From positions 6,519 to 70,518 of the forward strand of contig DASZYA010000004.1 of NCBI GenBank assembly GCA_035545675.1: 64,000 bases of DNA, in the 5' to 3' direction. Each line of letters begins with the position of its first letter. Positions within the stretch are counted from its first letter, which is position 1. This DNA is from Patescibacteria group bacterium (GTDB taxonomy: Bacteria > Patescibacteriota > Microgenomatia > Levybacterales > GWA1-39-11). The notes below the pieces were generated by a model. It saw nothing but the letters and a program-made list of their open reading frames with translations. It searched no databases and had not been told where the DNA came from. Below are positions 28,797 through 38,250 of this stretch, piece by piece. Position numbers and translations under genes: made by a program.

Positions 28797-29455
28797 ACCC
28801 TTGCGGCGAGAAGGTCTTCCACTAGTCTTTGAGATTTTAAGGCAATTGCGAATTCTGCGCCTTGCCCAGTTTTCTTAAGTGCTTCTTCTATATCTTCTTT
28901 GATACCACTTTTGCTTAAAGTTTCTACAATGTAAATATTTCCGTGATCACGAGTCCCATTTATTTGAATGTTCATTTTTTCTCCTTCTTTTCCATCAATC
29001 GTAATTAGAGGTTTTACTGCCATGTCTGCCCACTCGAAAATCTTAATCATTGTATCTATTGGCCACTCAGAGTTTATACCTGGAAACATAATCACTTGGA
29101 TTTTGGAATTAGGTTCCTCTTCTGGTTGAGTATTATATATTTGAGCAAAGCCGGTTATTCCCATTTGGGCAAAATATCCCTCGTATATATCCCTAACCTT
29201 TGCTGCATTGGGGTCAAAATAGCTTACAAAAAGATTGGGATTTTTTGATTGTTTGTAGAGCTCCTCCACTGTTCCTCTCAATTCATCAGGTTCATCTTGT
29301 AAGCCTGGAAAATAATGGCCATGCGCAAGTCTGTGACGCTTAGCCACATAAGGAAGATATATCCCTTGATTTTGTAGTAGGCCTAAGTTATCCGCGAATT
29401 CCTCTACGGACCATGCGGAAAGCTGCTCCGGTACGTATGTAAGCGTTTCTGCCAT
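28793..29455 (-). CDS. hypothetical protein
   Basis: ORF only. Confidence 0.3.
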   Translation of the reverse strand: MAETLTYVPEQLSAWSVEEFADNLGLLQNQGIYLPYVAKRHRLAHGHYFPGLQDEPDELRGTVEELYKQSKNPNLFVSYFDPNAAKVRDIYEGYFAQMGITGFAQIYNTQPEEEPNSKIQVIMFPGINSEWPIDTMIKIFEWADMAVKPLITIDGKEGEKMNIQINGTRDHGNIYIVETLSKSGIKEDIEEALKKTGQGAEFAIALKSQRLVEDLLAARV

Positions 29456-29505
29456 AAGGAGGTATTATAGCATTTTACTAATCCTATAGGAAATTTAGAA
29501 TGAAT

Positions 29506-30231
29506 TTATTGAAGTTTGGAAAACCAGTCTGTGTATTCTTTATCAACCATATCTCTAAACTTTTCTTCTTGAATACTGTGTGGGGCGCCTTTCAGAAGGT
29601 GGTAGGTTAATTTTGAACTGTCCTTTACCGCATTCTTATAGTTTTGAAGAGTTTGGCGTGGGACGGAATTGTCGAATTCTGATTCGAGAATTAAAATATT
29701 GCCATCAAAGTTATGTATGGCTTCAAGTGCCATCGTATCAGTGGGTTCTCTTTTTTCCGCTCGCCATTCTAAAACGCCTGGATTCTCAGAGCCAGCAAGT
29801 CTTGCAAGTCCTGTAAAGGTTTCTCTTGGATAGTTTGCAGGAACTCTTAAAACTAAATTTTTAACTTTCCTTTTTGATGTAAGAAGCGCAACTAAATATC
29901 CTCCAAGACTTGATCCCACAACACTTATGTTGTCCGGATCAACTCCATCTATTTTTGCAAGATGATCATAAGCCTTTAGGGCATCGCTTAGAAGCTCTTC
30001 ATGGGTTACTGTGTTGATATCGCCTTCGCTATCTCCATGCCCTCTTAGGTCAACCAAAAAACAAATATATCCAAGTTTAGTAAGTGACTCTGCATATTGG
30101 ATGTTTCTTATTCTTTTGCCTGTCCAGCCAGGAATAAAAAGAATTGCGGGGTTTTTGCTCGTTTTGTTTTTAGGAAGAAAGAGAGTTGTTGCTAATTTAA
30201 GACCATCATTTTCTATAAATGAGTTTTCCAT
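29506..30231 (-). CDS. alpha/beta hydrolase
   Basis: GxSxG nucleophile elbow VVGSSLGGYL; HGDSEG. Confidence 0.65.
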   Translation of the reverse strand: MENSFIENDGLKLATTLFLPKNKTSKNPAILFIPGWTGKRIRNIQYAESLTKLGYICFLVDLRGHGDSEGDINTVTHEELLSDALKAYDHLAKIDGVDPDNISVVGSSLGGYLVALLTSKRKVKNLVLRVPANYPRETFTGLARLAGSENPGVLEWRAEKREPTDTMALEAIHNFDGNILILESEFDNSVPRQTLQNYKNAVKDSSKLTYHLLKGAPHSIQEEKFRDMVDKEYTDWFSKLQ

Positions 30232-30246
30232 GAAGCTATTATAGCA

Positions 30247-30753
30247 TTACTGTTCCATTGCTTTGAGGATGCGGTGGATAGTTTTCCAGGTTCTACTGGT
30301 TACCTCTTTTTTGTGATCTCTGTCCATTTTGGCCATAAAGTTGGTTGATTTATCTGTGTTCATGTTAAGAACCGTTGCTATTTCTTTCCTTCTGTCTTTA
30401 AAAAAAGTTACGAGTAAATAATTTGGCGCCTTATCTTCTACTCCTTTGAATGGGTCACTTTTTACAAGCTTTTTTAGATCTTCTTCTGATCTGACAATTG
30501 TCATTCGAGAGAAATCCAATTTTTTAGGAAGATTTTCTTCAATCTTATCTTCTAGTGCTTTTTCATCCGTTTCTTTTGATTCAAAAACTACATTTCCACT
30601 AGCAATAACTGGCTTTACCTTTGTAAATCCTAGGCCTTCAAAGAATTCTGTAAATTTGGGACCACTCATATTGGGGTTTCCTGGTCCAACTCCACGAATT
30701 AGCGCAACATACATCATACATTTAGCCGAGTACGCGTGATAGAAGGAGTACAA
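30247..30753 (-). CDS. DUF1697-family protein
   Basis: YVALIRGVGPGNPNMSGPKFTEFFEGLGFTKVKPVIASGNVVFE matches the DUF1697 N-terminal pattern. Confidence 0.5.
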   Translation of the reverse strand: MYSFYHAYSAKCMMYVALIRGVGPGNPNMSGPKFTEFFEGLGFTKVKPVIASGNVVFESKETDEKALEDKIEENLPKKLDFSRMTIVRSEEDLKKLVKSDPFKGVEDKAPNYLLVTFFKDRRKEIATVLNMNTDKSTNFMAKMDRDHKKEVTSRTWKTIHRILKAMEQ

Positions 30754-31024
30754 GAAGGATGATTGTTAGGATTCCAAAAGTAGCAAGAGATTTAAAAGCA
30801 AGTTCAATTGCGGCTTTTTTCTTCCCGTTAAAATACATTTGGAAGGGATTAAAAAAGAAAATGTAAGCCATGATAGCTGCTGAGAAGGTGAATAAGGAAA
30901 GAACTATTATTGGCATAAATACAGAAGGTTTGTTGTCGATGTGGGGAGCATAAAACATTGTGGATGCAATGATTGATATATAGGCAAGCGCTGCTATTCC
31001 GTTAAGTATTGGGTTTTTGCTCAT
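30722..31024 (-). CDS. small 3-TM membrane protein
   Basis: Hydrophobicity. Confidence 0.3.
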   Translation of the reverse strand: MSKNPILNGIAALAYISIIASTMFYAPHIDNKPSVFMPIIVLSLFTFSAAIMAYIFFFNPFQMYFNGKKKAAIELAFKSLATFGILTIILLVLLLSRVLG

Positions 31025-31026
31025 AG

Positions 31027-31440
31027 CTATTTAAGATACGGTCTTGTTGGCTGCAGAACGCCTACCGCATTTCCTTCTGTATCAAGAATTGAAATGTATT
31101 TCCCAATTCCAGGGATGTCCATTACATCATTTTTTATAGTTCCACCAGCGGCTAATATATCTTTTTTAGCTTGCTCTATGTCATCAACGTTTATTACTAC
31201 ATGTACGGTTTTGTCTTCTGGTTTTGGTACGTGGGTTTCATCGTAAAACCCTCCGTTAATTGTTCCTGGGGTTTTTACCATTCCATTTTCATCAGTGTCA
31301 GAAGTTAGTGCGATTACATAATTACCCATTTCTTCATTTGTTGGTTCCATTCCCCAACCAAAAGCGCTTTTGTAGAATTCTGAAACGCGTTTTGCGTCTT
31401 TGTATGGCATTTCAAAGTGTACAACGGGGTTTTTACTCAT
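31027..31440 (-). CDS. VOC/glyoxalase-family protein
   Basis: VVHFEMPYKDAKRVSEFYKSAFGW... Confidence 0.6.
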   Translation of the reverse strand: MSKNPVVHFEMPYKDAKRVSEFYKSAFGWGMEPTNEEMGNYVIALTSDTDENGMVKTPGTINGGFYDETHVPKPEDKTVHVVINVDDIEQAKKDILAAGGTIKNDVMDIPGIGKYISILDTEGNAVGVLQPTRPYLK

Positions 31441-31463
31441 AAATTTATTATAGCACAGGGTGT

Positions 31464-32258
31464 CTATCGTCCAAGAGCCGTATCCATTTCTCTCCAGCTA
31501 ATCTCTCTGTCTCGAGATGCTTCTAAAAGTAGCTTTACGCTCCTAGAGCTATTGGGGTTAACCTTATCTCTTTTATCTGTTGCGTCAACATTGTGAAGAA
31601 ATCCAAGCCCAAATCTAATGATTCGTCTTGCCTCTTCTTCATCTGGAACATATTCGCCCCAGGCTTCATTTTTTGGATCAATAGCCTCTTTAGGGGGATA
31701 AATCATTGCTTTTAAGACTTCTTCTACTAGAACTTGGGGTGCAGGACAGGAATTAGATTTGGGATTTTTGTTATCCGCAATAAAATGGTTCTTTTTTGCA
31801 GTGTTGTTACCATCAGCAAAATTGTAGGTTTGTCTTTGGGTTTTGGGCTTATCGCTTAACTTGGGATCTCTTACCATTTCGTATGCCACGGCTTTTATTC
31901 CATCTGCCGCCCTTGATGCATCAATAAAATAAGGGGGTAATATGTCAACCGGATTATTTGCTCGCATTCGAAGATACATGGGCATTGCATGGATTGCGTA
32001 GGCAAACTCTTCTAATTGTTTAGGTGTTAGGGGCGTTTCTGAGTAAGTCGATCTGATGTATTTTATTAAGCTTATTGCCTCGTCGTTGGACTGTTGAAAT
32101 TCTGAAAATGCTACTGTGTCTGTAGGGTGTCCTATTCTTCCTGGTAATCTGTTCGGGACAAAGCTTCGATTTTCCTGTAGTTTTGCAATAATATTTCTAC
32201 CGCTTGTATCAAAACCCTCTCTTATTGCATCGCCAATGTGCCTTTCTGTGTATGACAT
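31464..32258 (-). CDS. hypothetical protein
   Basis: ORF only. Confidence 0.3.
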   Translation of the reverse strand: MSYTERHIGDAIREGFDTSGRNIIAKLQENRSFVPNRLPGRIGHPTDTVAFSEFQQSNDEAISLIKYIRSTYSETPLTPKQLEEFAYAIHAMPMYLRMRANNPVDILPPYFIDASRAADGIKAVAYEMVRDPKLSDKPKTQRQTYNFADGNNTAKKNHFIADNKNPKSNSCPAPQVLVEEVLKAMIYPPKEAIDPKNEAWGEYVPDEEEARRIIRFGLGFLHNVDATDKRDKVNPNSSRSVKLLLEASRDREISWREMDTALGR

Positions 32259-32306
32259 AGGGGGATATTCTATAAGAAATCTAGGATTCTTTCAAACTTA
32301 AAGAGG

Positions 32307-32696
32307 TTATTTCTTCTCAGAAATTAACGAGAGTATGTTTCCGGCTGGATCTTTGAACCAGGCTATTGAGCCTCCATCTGGGTTCTTCATAATGCCTTTT
32401 TCATCTGTTTTCATTCCTTCTCCCATGTCATAGTGCTCGAAAGTTACACCTTTTGCTACTAGTTTATCTACTGCTTTTTCTACATCATCTACTAAAAAGT
32501 TAAGAACTGTAAAAGTTGCTGGTTTGTGGTCAGGCTTTGGATAAATCATTCCCATTGCGCCTTGTCCTAGGTGAAGCTCTAATACTCCCATTTCATTGTC
32601 TTTTGTTTCTATTCCAAGGGTTGTGCCATAAAATTCTTTTGCACGTTTTAAGTCATCTGTAGAAAAACTTGAAAAGGTTTTTGTATCTTTAAACAT
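32307..32696 (-). CDS. VOC/glyoxalase-family protein
   Basis: FSTDDLKRAKEFYGTTLG... pattern. Confidence 0.6.
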   Translation of the reverse strand: MFKDTKTFSSFSTDDLKRAKEFYGTTLGIETKDNEMGVLELHLGQGAMGMIYPKPDHKPATFTVLNFLVDDVEKAVDKLVAKGVTFEHYDMGEGMKTDEKGIMKNPDGGSIAWFKDPAGNILSLISEKK

Positions 32697-33106
32697 TATT
32701 CTTTTGCTGAAACATTTACCATCCAGTGGATTCCAAATTTATCTGTTAACATTCCAAAAGTATCTCCCCATGGAGCTTTTGCTAAGGGATAGTCTGCTTT
32801 TCCACCTTCTGCGAGTTTATTAAACCATTCGGTTAACTGTTCCAGGTCTGAGCCAATAAGACTCATGCTAATATTGTCCCCTACATGTACTGGGTGTTCT
32901 GAATTTCCGTCAGCAGCCATAAAAGTGAAGTTTTCTGTTTTTAGCTCTGAGTGCATTGTTAAGTCTTTATCCTCTGGTGCACAGTTTGGATTGCCTTCTG
33001 CGTAAGTTTGGGTTGTTAGTTCTCCACCAAAAATAGATTTGTAGAATTCCATAGCTTCGCGTGTCTTTCCGGTGAAATTTAGATAAGGAAGAAGAGTTGA
33101 TTTCAT
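32696..33106 (-). CDS. VOC-family PhnB-like protein
   Basis: LNFTGKTREAMEFYKSIFGG...GDTFGMLTDKFGIHWMVN. Confidence 0.6.
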   Translation of the reverse strand: MKSTLLPYLNFTGKTREAMEFYKSIFGGELTTQTYAEGNPNCAPEDKDLTMHSELKTENFTFMAADGNSEHPVHVGDNISMSLIGSDLEQLTEWFNKLAEGGKADYPLAKAPWGDTFGMLTDKFGIHWMVNVSAKE

Positions 33107-33206
33107 TAGGAAAATTAGTATAACAAGCAGTTCTTACAAAAACAAGCAAATTCTTCTCGCAGCAAAAATCAGACTCCTTACGACATCTGACTTTTGCTAG
33201 AATGGT

Positions 33207-33620
33207 CTACTTTATGCCATTCTCAGTACTTGTAACATTAAAGTTACTATCAAGTTTAACCGTGACCTGTGAGCCGTCTGACTTTGTCATATGAGCTTCG
33301 TATTTTGCTCCTTCAGCGTCGGTCTCTACACGTTCTATAGTTGCGCCTGGTACTGCTTTTTGTGCTGCCTTTTTGACCTCATCTGCAGTGTCTCCTGTTA
33401 ATAATTCTTCTTTTGTCCCGTTGGCTCCTATGTGGCCGCCTTTACTAGGATCAAAAGTAGAATCTTGTGGAGGTTTTGTACTTTGGGTGGTTTGAGTTGT
33501 GCTATCTGCTGCATTTGCTGAGCCAATTATATTTGCACCAGCAAACATTCCGATAGTAAGCATTAATACACCCATCCCAATTGCCGCTACTTTATTCCTC
33601 ATCCTATCACCTCCTTTCAT
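33207..33620 (-). CDS. secreted PepSY-like domain protein
   Basis: Signal/anchor, then ...EVKKAAQKAVPGATIERVETDAEG..YEAHMTKSDGSQVTVKLDSNFNV. Confidence 0.4.
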   Translation of the reverse strand: MKGGDRMRNKVAAIGMGVLMLTIGMFAGANIIGSANAADSTTQTTQSTKPPQDSTFDPSKGGHIGANGTKEELLTGDTADEVKKAAQKAVPGATIERVETDAEGAKYEAHMTKSDGSQVTVKLDSNFNVTSTENGIK

Positions 33621-33665
33621 TTTTTCAATTATTGCAGGTGGATCTTAAAAACGCCTTAAGAGGAG

Positions 33666-34517
33666 CTATTCGTTTTCATTAATGAATTCGCGAATGAAGT
33701 TTATGCACTCTTCTCTTTCTGTCCAGAAAGGAAAGTGGGCGCTGTTTTCAAATATTCTCATTCTTGAATCTGGAATAAGAGTTGTAAAGTATTCTGTTGC
33801 TTCTGGGGTTGTTTCGTCTATTCTTCCACAAAAAAGAAGCGTTGGAACATTAATATCTTTTAGTTTATTTGAGAGGCTGATATTTGCCGATGGACCATTT
33901 GGTTCAAAGAAGTTTGGGCCAAACATTATCTTTTCAACTTCTGGATTCATCTTGTGTTCTGATTTTAGAACCGCTGTGGGAAGATCCTTTACTCCATATA
34001 GATATTTTTCAAGGAATTCACCCATCGCATTTTTATATTCCTCTGATTCTTCTGGTTGCTTAAGTCCTTTTTGAACACTTTCCGGGAAAGTGTTAATGAT
34101 CTCCTTAATTTGTTTTGTCCAAAGAGGTATATCAAGGAATGGATTTGCCAAGATTAACAATTTAAGTCCCGGAGGGTTTTTAATAGCAAAGTTTGCTGCA
34201 ATTGTTGTTCCCCAGGATTGGCCAAGAATAATATATTCTTTGAACCCAAGGTGTTTTATGAGTGTTTCCAGCTCTCCTGTGTAGTAGTCAAGAGTAAACG
34301 CAGACTTATCAGTAGTCCATTCAGAGTTCCCACAGCCTAGTTGATCATAAAAAACAACCTGACGATCGTTTGCTAAATCTCTAAATGGCTCAAGATAATC
34401 ATGAGGATAAGCTGGCCCGCCGTGAATCACAATAATTGGAGTTTTGTTGCCTTCTCCAACTATTTCATACCAGACTTTTCCCTTGCCTGCATCAATAAAT
34501 CCTTCTGTTGTTGTCAT
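33666..34517 (-). CDS. proline iminopeptidase-like alpha/beta hydrolase (S33 family)
   Basis: IVIHGGPAYPHDY; GQSWGTT nucleophile elbow. Confidence 0.65.
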   Translation of the reverse strand: MTTTEGFIDAGKGKVWYEIVGEGNKTPIIVIHGGPAYPHDYLEPFRDLANDRQVVFYDQLGCGNSEWTTDKSAFTLDYYTGELETLIKHLGFKEYIILGQSWGTTIAANFAIKNPPGLKLLILANPFLDIPLWTKQIKEIINTFPESVQKGLKQPEESEEYKNAMGEFLEKYLYGVKDLPTAVLKSEHKMNPEVEKIMFGPNFFEPNGPSANISLSNKLKDINVPTLLFCGRIDETTPEATEYFTTLIPDSRMRIFENSAHFPFWTEREECINFIREFINENE

Positions 34518-34540
34518 AAAGCGATTATATCAATTTATCT

Positions 34541-34900
34541 CTATCTTTTATTTTCTTCATTCCATTTTGCCTGAGCTTTTATTAGCCTTTGGATTAAATC
34601 AAAAGGAATAGGCTTATTGAGTGGAAAGCGAATTGTTCCTTTGCTCATTTCATAATCTTTTAACTCATCTTTGAATTGTTTTCTAACGGGTTCAAAAATT
34701 GCATAGATTCCAATGTGTGTTTTTGTTTGGGCAAAATAAACTAGTCTACCGTGGTATGAATAAAAAGGCATGCTGTAGCTAATTCTCTCCTCGGCTTCAG
34801 GAACTGTGGTTTTTATAATCTCACGGATTTTAGTAAGACTTTCTTGAACGTTTTTTGGAGAAGCGGCAATATACTCGTCTACTGTTTTATAAGATTGCAT
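34541..34900 (-). CDS. DUF1801 (YdhG-like) protein
   Basis: VDEYIAASPKNVQESLTKIREIIKTTVPEAEERISYSMPFY. Confidence 0.5.
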   Translation of the reverse strand: MQSYKTVDEYIAASPKNVQESLTKIREIIKTTVPEAEERISYSMPFYSYHGRLVYFAQTKTHIGIYAIFEPVRKQFKDELKDYEMSKGTIRFPLNKPIPFDLIQRLIKAQAKWNEENKR

Positions 34901-34903
34901 ATA

Positions 34904-35302
34904 TTATTCAAACCACATCGGCGTTTTATCATATGGATTTGCATGATTATAATTAACAGTTATCTCCTCGTCTTTTTTAATATTTTCTATGGCAGTAAAT
35001 TCAATTACGCCTTCTTTCTCTTTTATTTCATATGTGGCGTTTGGTTTTCTGGTGTGGTTGTATATTGATCCAAAACCTAAAGCAACAGCGGCTTGTTCTT
35101 TTTTCTTGCCAAAGTAGTAAAGATAGGTAATGAGAATGTTGTCATTTATTTCACTTGTGTCGTGCTCAGAAAGCTCAATTATTGGACATATCTCAATTAA
35201 TTCGCCTTTCTTAATATCATCTCTTGCAAATACTCCTCTTTCTGATTTTGCTATATCAGATGGGGCCACATATATTTTATTTGGAGACAAGATCTTATTC
35301 AT
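34904..35302 (-). CDS. SET-domain-like protein (putative protein lysine methyltransferase)
   Basis: IYNHTRKPNATYE (NHSxxPN-like motif) and EEITVNYN (ELTxxY-like). Confidence 0.4.
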   Translation of the reverse strand: MNKILSPNKIYVAPSDIAKSERGVFARDDIKKGELIEICPIIELSEHDTSEINDNILITYLYYFGKKKEQAAVALGFGSIYNHTRKPNATYEIKEKEGVIEFTAIENIKKDEEITVNYNHANPYDKTPMWFE

Positions 35303-35332
35303 GAAGTGATTATAGTAGTTGGAGATTTGACA

Positions 35333-36031
35333 TTACTCTGCCGGATATCCCGGGAACCAATCACCCTTGATGTGTTCTTTTGGAATTCCCATCTTCTCAA
35401 GCATTTCATTTAGTGAATCTACCATTGGTTCGGGACCTGAAACATAGAAAATTGGTCCGCCAGCTGGCGGATTGAAGTCAGGAACTAATTCTTTTACCTT
35501 ATTCTCATCAATATGTTCTGGAGAAAATACATAATTAATTTTTAGATTCGGATTTCTTGTGGATAGCTCCTCTAGTTCATCTCTGAAAACTACATTTTGA
35601 TCGCGATTTGCATATATTAAATTTACATTAATTGGTTTTTTGTCATGATCAAGCTGTCTTAATATTGATCTGAATGGCGTTATTCCAATTCCTCCTGCAA
35701 TGAATACATATTCTAAGTCTGGATTATCCAGGGTAAAGTCGCCTTCCACGTAAGAAATTTCAATCTCATCTCCCTCTTTTAGACTTGCAAGCTTTTTCTT
35801 AAATGAACTTCCTTTGTCTTGTGTAATTCTTGTTGTAATCTGTACGTGGTTTTCATATGGAGCAGCTGCATTTGTAAACCAACGATCAGATCCTCTATTA
35901 TCTGTTGGTTCGTGATGTAATACGTAGTGAAGATATTGTCCTGGAACCCATTCAAGTTTTTCTTGTGGCTCAAAAATAAAAGTGAGGACTCCAGCGGTAG
36001 CTTCTTTTTTCTCTTTGAGCTTGAGGATCAT
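35333..36031 (-). CDS. ferredoxin-NADP reductase-like FAD/NAD(P)-binding oxidoreductase
   Basis: RWFT..AAP (RxYS-like FAD motif) and FIAGGIGITPFRSIL (NAD-binding GxGxxP). Confidence 0.55.
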   Translation of the reverse strand: MILKLKEKKEATAGVLTFIFEPQEKLEWVPGQYLHYVLHHEPTDNRGSDRWFTNAAAPYENHVQITTRITQDKGSSFKKKLASLKEGDEIEISYVEGDFTLDNPDLEYVFIAGGIGITPFRSILRQLDHDKKPINVNLIYANRDQNVVFRDELEELSTRNPNLKINYVFSPEHIDENKVKELVPDFNPPAGGPIFYVSGPEPMVDSLNEMLEKMGIPKEHIKGDWFPGYPAE

Positions 36032-36080
36032 GATTTATTATAGCACCATAGATCAATCCCTTTGGTATACTCTGCTTATT

Positions 36081-36290
36081 ATGAATCTTAAAAACGATAG
36101 TTATGTGATTCACATGGGGACAAAGAATTTCACAGAGAAGTATTATAAAGATGAAAAGGGTTGGTTGAAGATTTCTGCAAAGGGAAAAGAGTTCAGAATG
36201 ACAGCAGAACAGGTGCTTAATCATTTATTGCCTGCTGTTGCCGGGGTAAAGCCAGGATTAATACTCAAAGTAGAACACAAAGAAGAATAG
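36081..36290 (+). CDS. small hypothetical protein (start assigned to internal Met; ORF open from 35982)
   Basis: ORF only. Confidence 0.25.
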   Translation: MNLKNDSYVIHMGTKNFTEKYYKDEKGWLKISAKGKEFRMTAEQVLNHLLPAVAGVKPGLILKVEHKEE

Positions 36291-36292
36291 AA

Positions 36293-36631
36293 TTACTTAG
36301 TTTTCTTTCTTGACCTGGAGGGGATTAAATTACCAATAATGCTTAAGACTGCTCCGAAAACTGCACTTACAACTCCCATCAAAACAAAAAATGGAATTTT
36401 GGTTGCTACAGGATCAGCGCCGTTATAGTTTGCTACCATAAAAACAAAACCCAAGAAAAATCCATATGCCAACCCATTTTTAATTGACTCTTTTCTGTTG
36501 TTGCTAAGATATCCAATTATTAAAGCAGCCAATCCCCAGGGAATTACGGTTAAAACTTGCAGTGTAAGTACTTTTGTCGCCAAGAAGCCTAAGATTATTC
36601 CTAGGATTCCCGTGATAAGTATTCTCTTCAT
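36293..36631 (-). CDS. hypothetical membrane protein
   Basis: 3-4 TM helices. Confidence 0.3.
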   Translation of the reverse strand: MKRILITGILGIILGFLATKVLTLQVLTVIPWGLAALIIGYLSNNRKESIKNGLAYGFFLGFVFMVANYNGADPVATKIPFFVLMGVVSAVFGAVLSIIGNLIPSRSRKKTK

Positions 36632-36996
36632 TACTCTATTGTACGACTTTTTCTAAAGCCAACCAATATTGGTAAAAGAAAAGTTAGGGCGTAATAAAGG
36701 TAAACATCTGGCTTGTAATAAACGCTAGTTGTTGTGAATGCTCTAACAAGGAAGAAATAGTCACAAATAACTGCAATCAAGGTCCATACGATTGCTATTC
36801 CTAGATAATGTTTTATATCTCTGCTCTTTATTTGTTTTATTAGTACCCACAAAGAAACAATAATTCCAATTGGCATTACGAACCAGCCAATAAGATCATG
36901 TGGCACTATGGTAAAGAAAACTATTCCAAGTCCATATCCAATTAGCCATACCATAAACCCCCAAAAAAATGCATCTTTTAAAAATTGTTTGTTCAT
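36631..36996 (-). CDS. hypothetical membrane protein
   Basis: 4 TM helices; ATGA overlap with the downstream gene. Confidence 0.3.
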   Translation of the reverse strand: MNKQFLKDAFFWGFMVWLIGYGLGIVFFTIVPHDLIGWFVMPIGIIVSLWVLIKQIKSRDIKHYLGIAIVWTLIAVICDYFFLVRAFTTTSVYYKPDVYLYYALTFLLPILVGFRKSRTIE

Positions 36997-37185
36997 AGTA
37001 AATTCCTCTTTTTAATTTCTTCTAAGATTTTCCCGCCAAGAGGACGGCAGCTACAGTTTTTTGCATGTGCCAGATGCCACTCTATTCTTTGGTCAAGCGT
37101 TGGATTTTTTGGCATTTTGTTTTTTGTGTGCCACTCAGCATTTATTTTCATACCAAGAGTTTATCCTACAAGAAAGCAAAATGAT

Positions 37186-37201
37186 GTGATCTTAATCACT
37201 C
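37186..37201. promoter_or_regulatory. CRP/FNR-type palindrome TGTGA-N6-TCACT
   Basis: A direct read: tgtgatcttaatcact. Confidence 0.45.
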
Positions 37202-37630
37202 AAAGGGGTTGTTGTTTTTCATGAATTGATAGGATTTCTCTACTAACTTGGTAAGTGTATCTAGGTCTACATCTGATAGCTTATTTATATAAAGGCAGCC
37301 TCCCATTCCGCCACTGGTTTTGTGCTTGCCCAGTTTTTTCAATAGTGCCTCGCTCTCATTGTTGCCGTGCATAATATATAGAGTTAAATTGGCTTTTCTT
37401 GGGGAGAATCCAACGAGCATCCAGTCTCCTTCTTGGGAACTTTTTTTGGATTTGTAATGATATTTACCAAAACCAACAATACTTCCACCCCACATCACTG
37501 CTTTTTCGCCAGTAATGTTTTCAAACATTTCTAGCAATTTAAGGGCGTCTTTTCTTTTTTCTTCAGGTTCAATAGTATTTAAAAAATCTTTGGGGTCTTG
37601 GGTTGTGACTTTTGTTTTTAACTCTGCCAT
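37196..37630 (-). CDS. DUF1801 (YdhG/YdeI-like) protein, second paralog
   Basis: DPKDFLNTIEPEEKRKDALKLLEMFENITGEKAVMWGGSIVGFGKYHY. Confidence 0.5.
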   Translation of the reverse strand: MAELKTKVTTQDPKDFLNTIEPEEKRKDALKLLEMFENITGEKAVMWGGSIVGFGKYHYKSKKSSQEGDWMLVGFSPRKANLTLYIMHGNNESEALLKKLGKHKTSGGMGGCLYINKLSDVDLDTLTKLVEKSYQFMKNNNPFE

Positions 37631-37695
37631 ACGGGAATTATATCAGATATTCTGCTCAAGCTATTTAGCTTTGATTAAGGTATAATAAACACACA

Positions 37696-38169
37696 ATGGC
37701 ATTTAATAGAGATAGAAATCGTGGCGGTGGACATTTTTCCGGCGGAGGAAGAAGAGATGATAGACGAGAACGTCCACAAATGTTTCCAGCAACCTGCAGT
37801 AACTGTGGGAAAGCATGTGAAGTCCCCTTTAGACCAACTGGAGATAAGCCGGTTTTGTGTAGAGATTGTTTTAGACAAAATGGAGGACCAAGAGAAAGAA
37901 GAGATGATAGGCCTCGTTTTGAGCCAAGACATGATGGTCCACCTCCTCCACCACCATTCCCACCACATATTAAAGAAGAGCTTGATTCTATAAATCAAAA
38001 GGTGGATAAGATCTTGGATATTTTACTTGCTGCAACAGAAATGCCAGAGGAAATAAAAGATGAGGCAATTGATGCTGTTAATGAAGTATTTGAAGACGCT
38101 CCGGTAGAAGTAAAAGCAAAAACCCCCAGAAAAAAGACTTCAAAAGCTACTCCTTCAGAAGAAGTATAA
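37696..38169 (+). CDS. Arg/Gly-rich zinc-ribbon protein (CxxC-x17-CxxC) with acidic C-terminal helix
   Basis: CSNCGKACEVPFRPTGDKPVLCRDC, flanked by RGG/RRDD low complexity. Confidence 0.4.
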   Translation: MAFNRDRNRGGGHFSGGGRRDDRRERPQMFPATCSNCGKACEVPFRPTGDKPVLCRDCFRQNGGPRERRDDRPRFEPRHDGPPPPPPFPPHIKEELDSINQKVDKILDILLAATEMPEEIKDEAIDAVNEVFEDAPVEVKAKTPRKKTSKATPSEEV

Positions 38170-38176
38170 GATACCT

Positions 38177-38250
38177 TGCTCCCCCGCGTGGACTCGGACC
38201 ACGAACCTTATTCTTAACAGGAATCTGCTCTACCATTGAGCTACAGGGGA
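38177..38250 (-). tRNA. tRNA-Asn (anticodon GUU)
   Basis: Hand fold of the reverse complement: acceptor TCCCCTG/CGGGGGA, D-arm GCTC-AATGGTA-GAGC, anticodon loop CTGTTAA, T-arm CGTGG-TCCGAGT-CCACG, discriminator G. Confidence 0.7.

Noticed and set aside
36110-36124. TGTGATTCACA palindrome inside ORF 36081..36290 as a third CRP-like site
   Set aside because: The half-sites overlap (N1 spacing instead of N6) and the sequence is intragenic. It does not match the other two sites.
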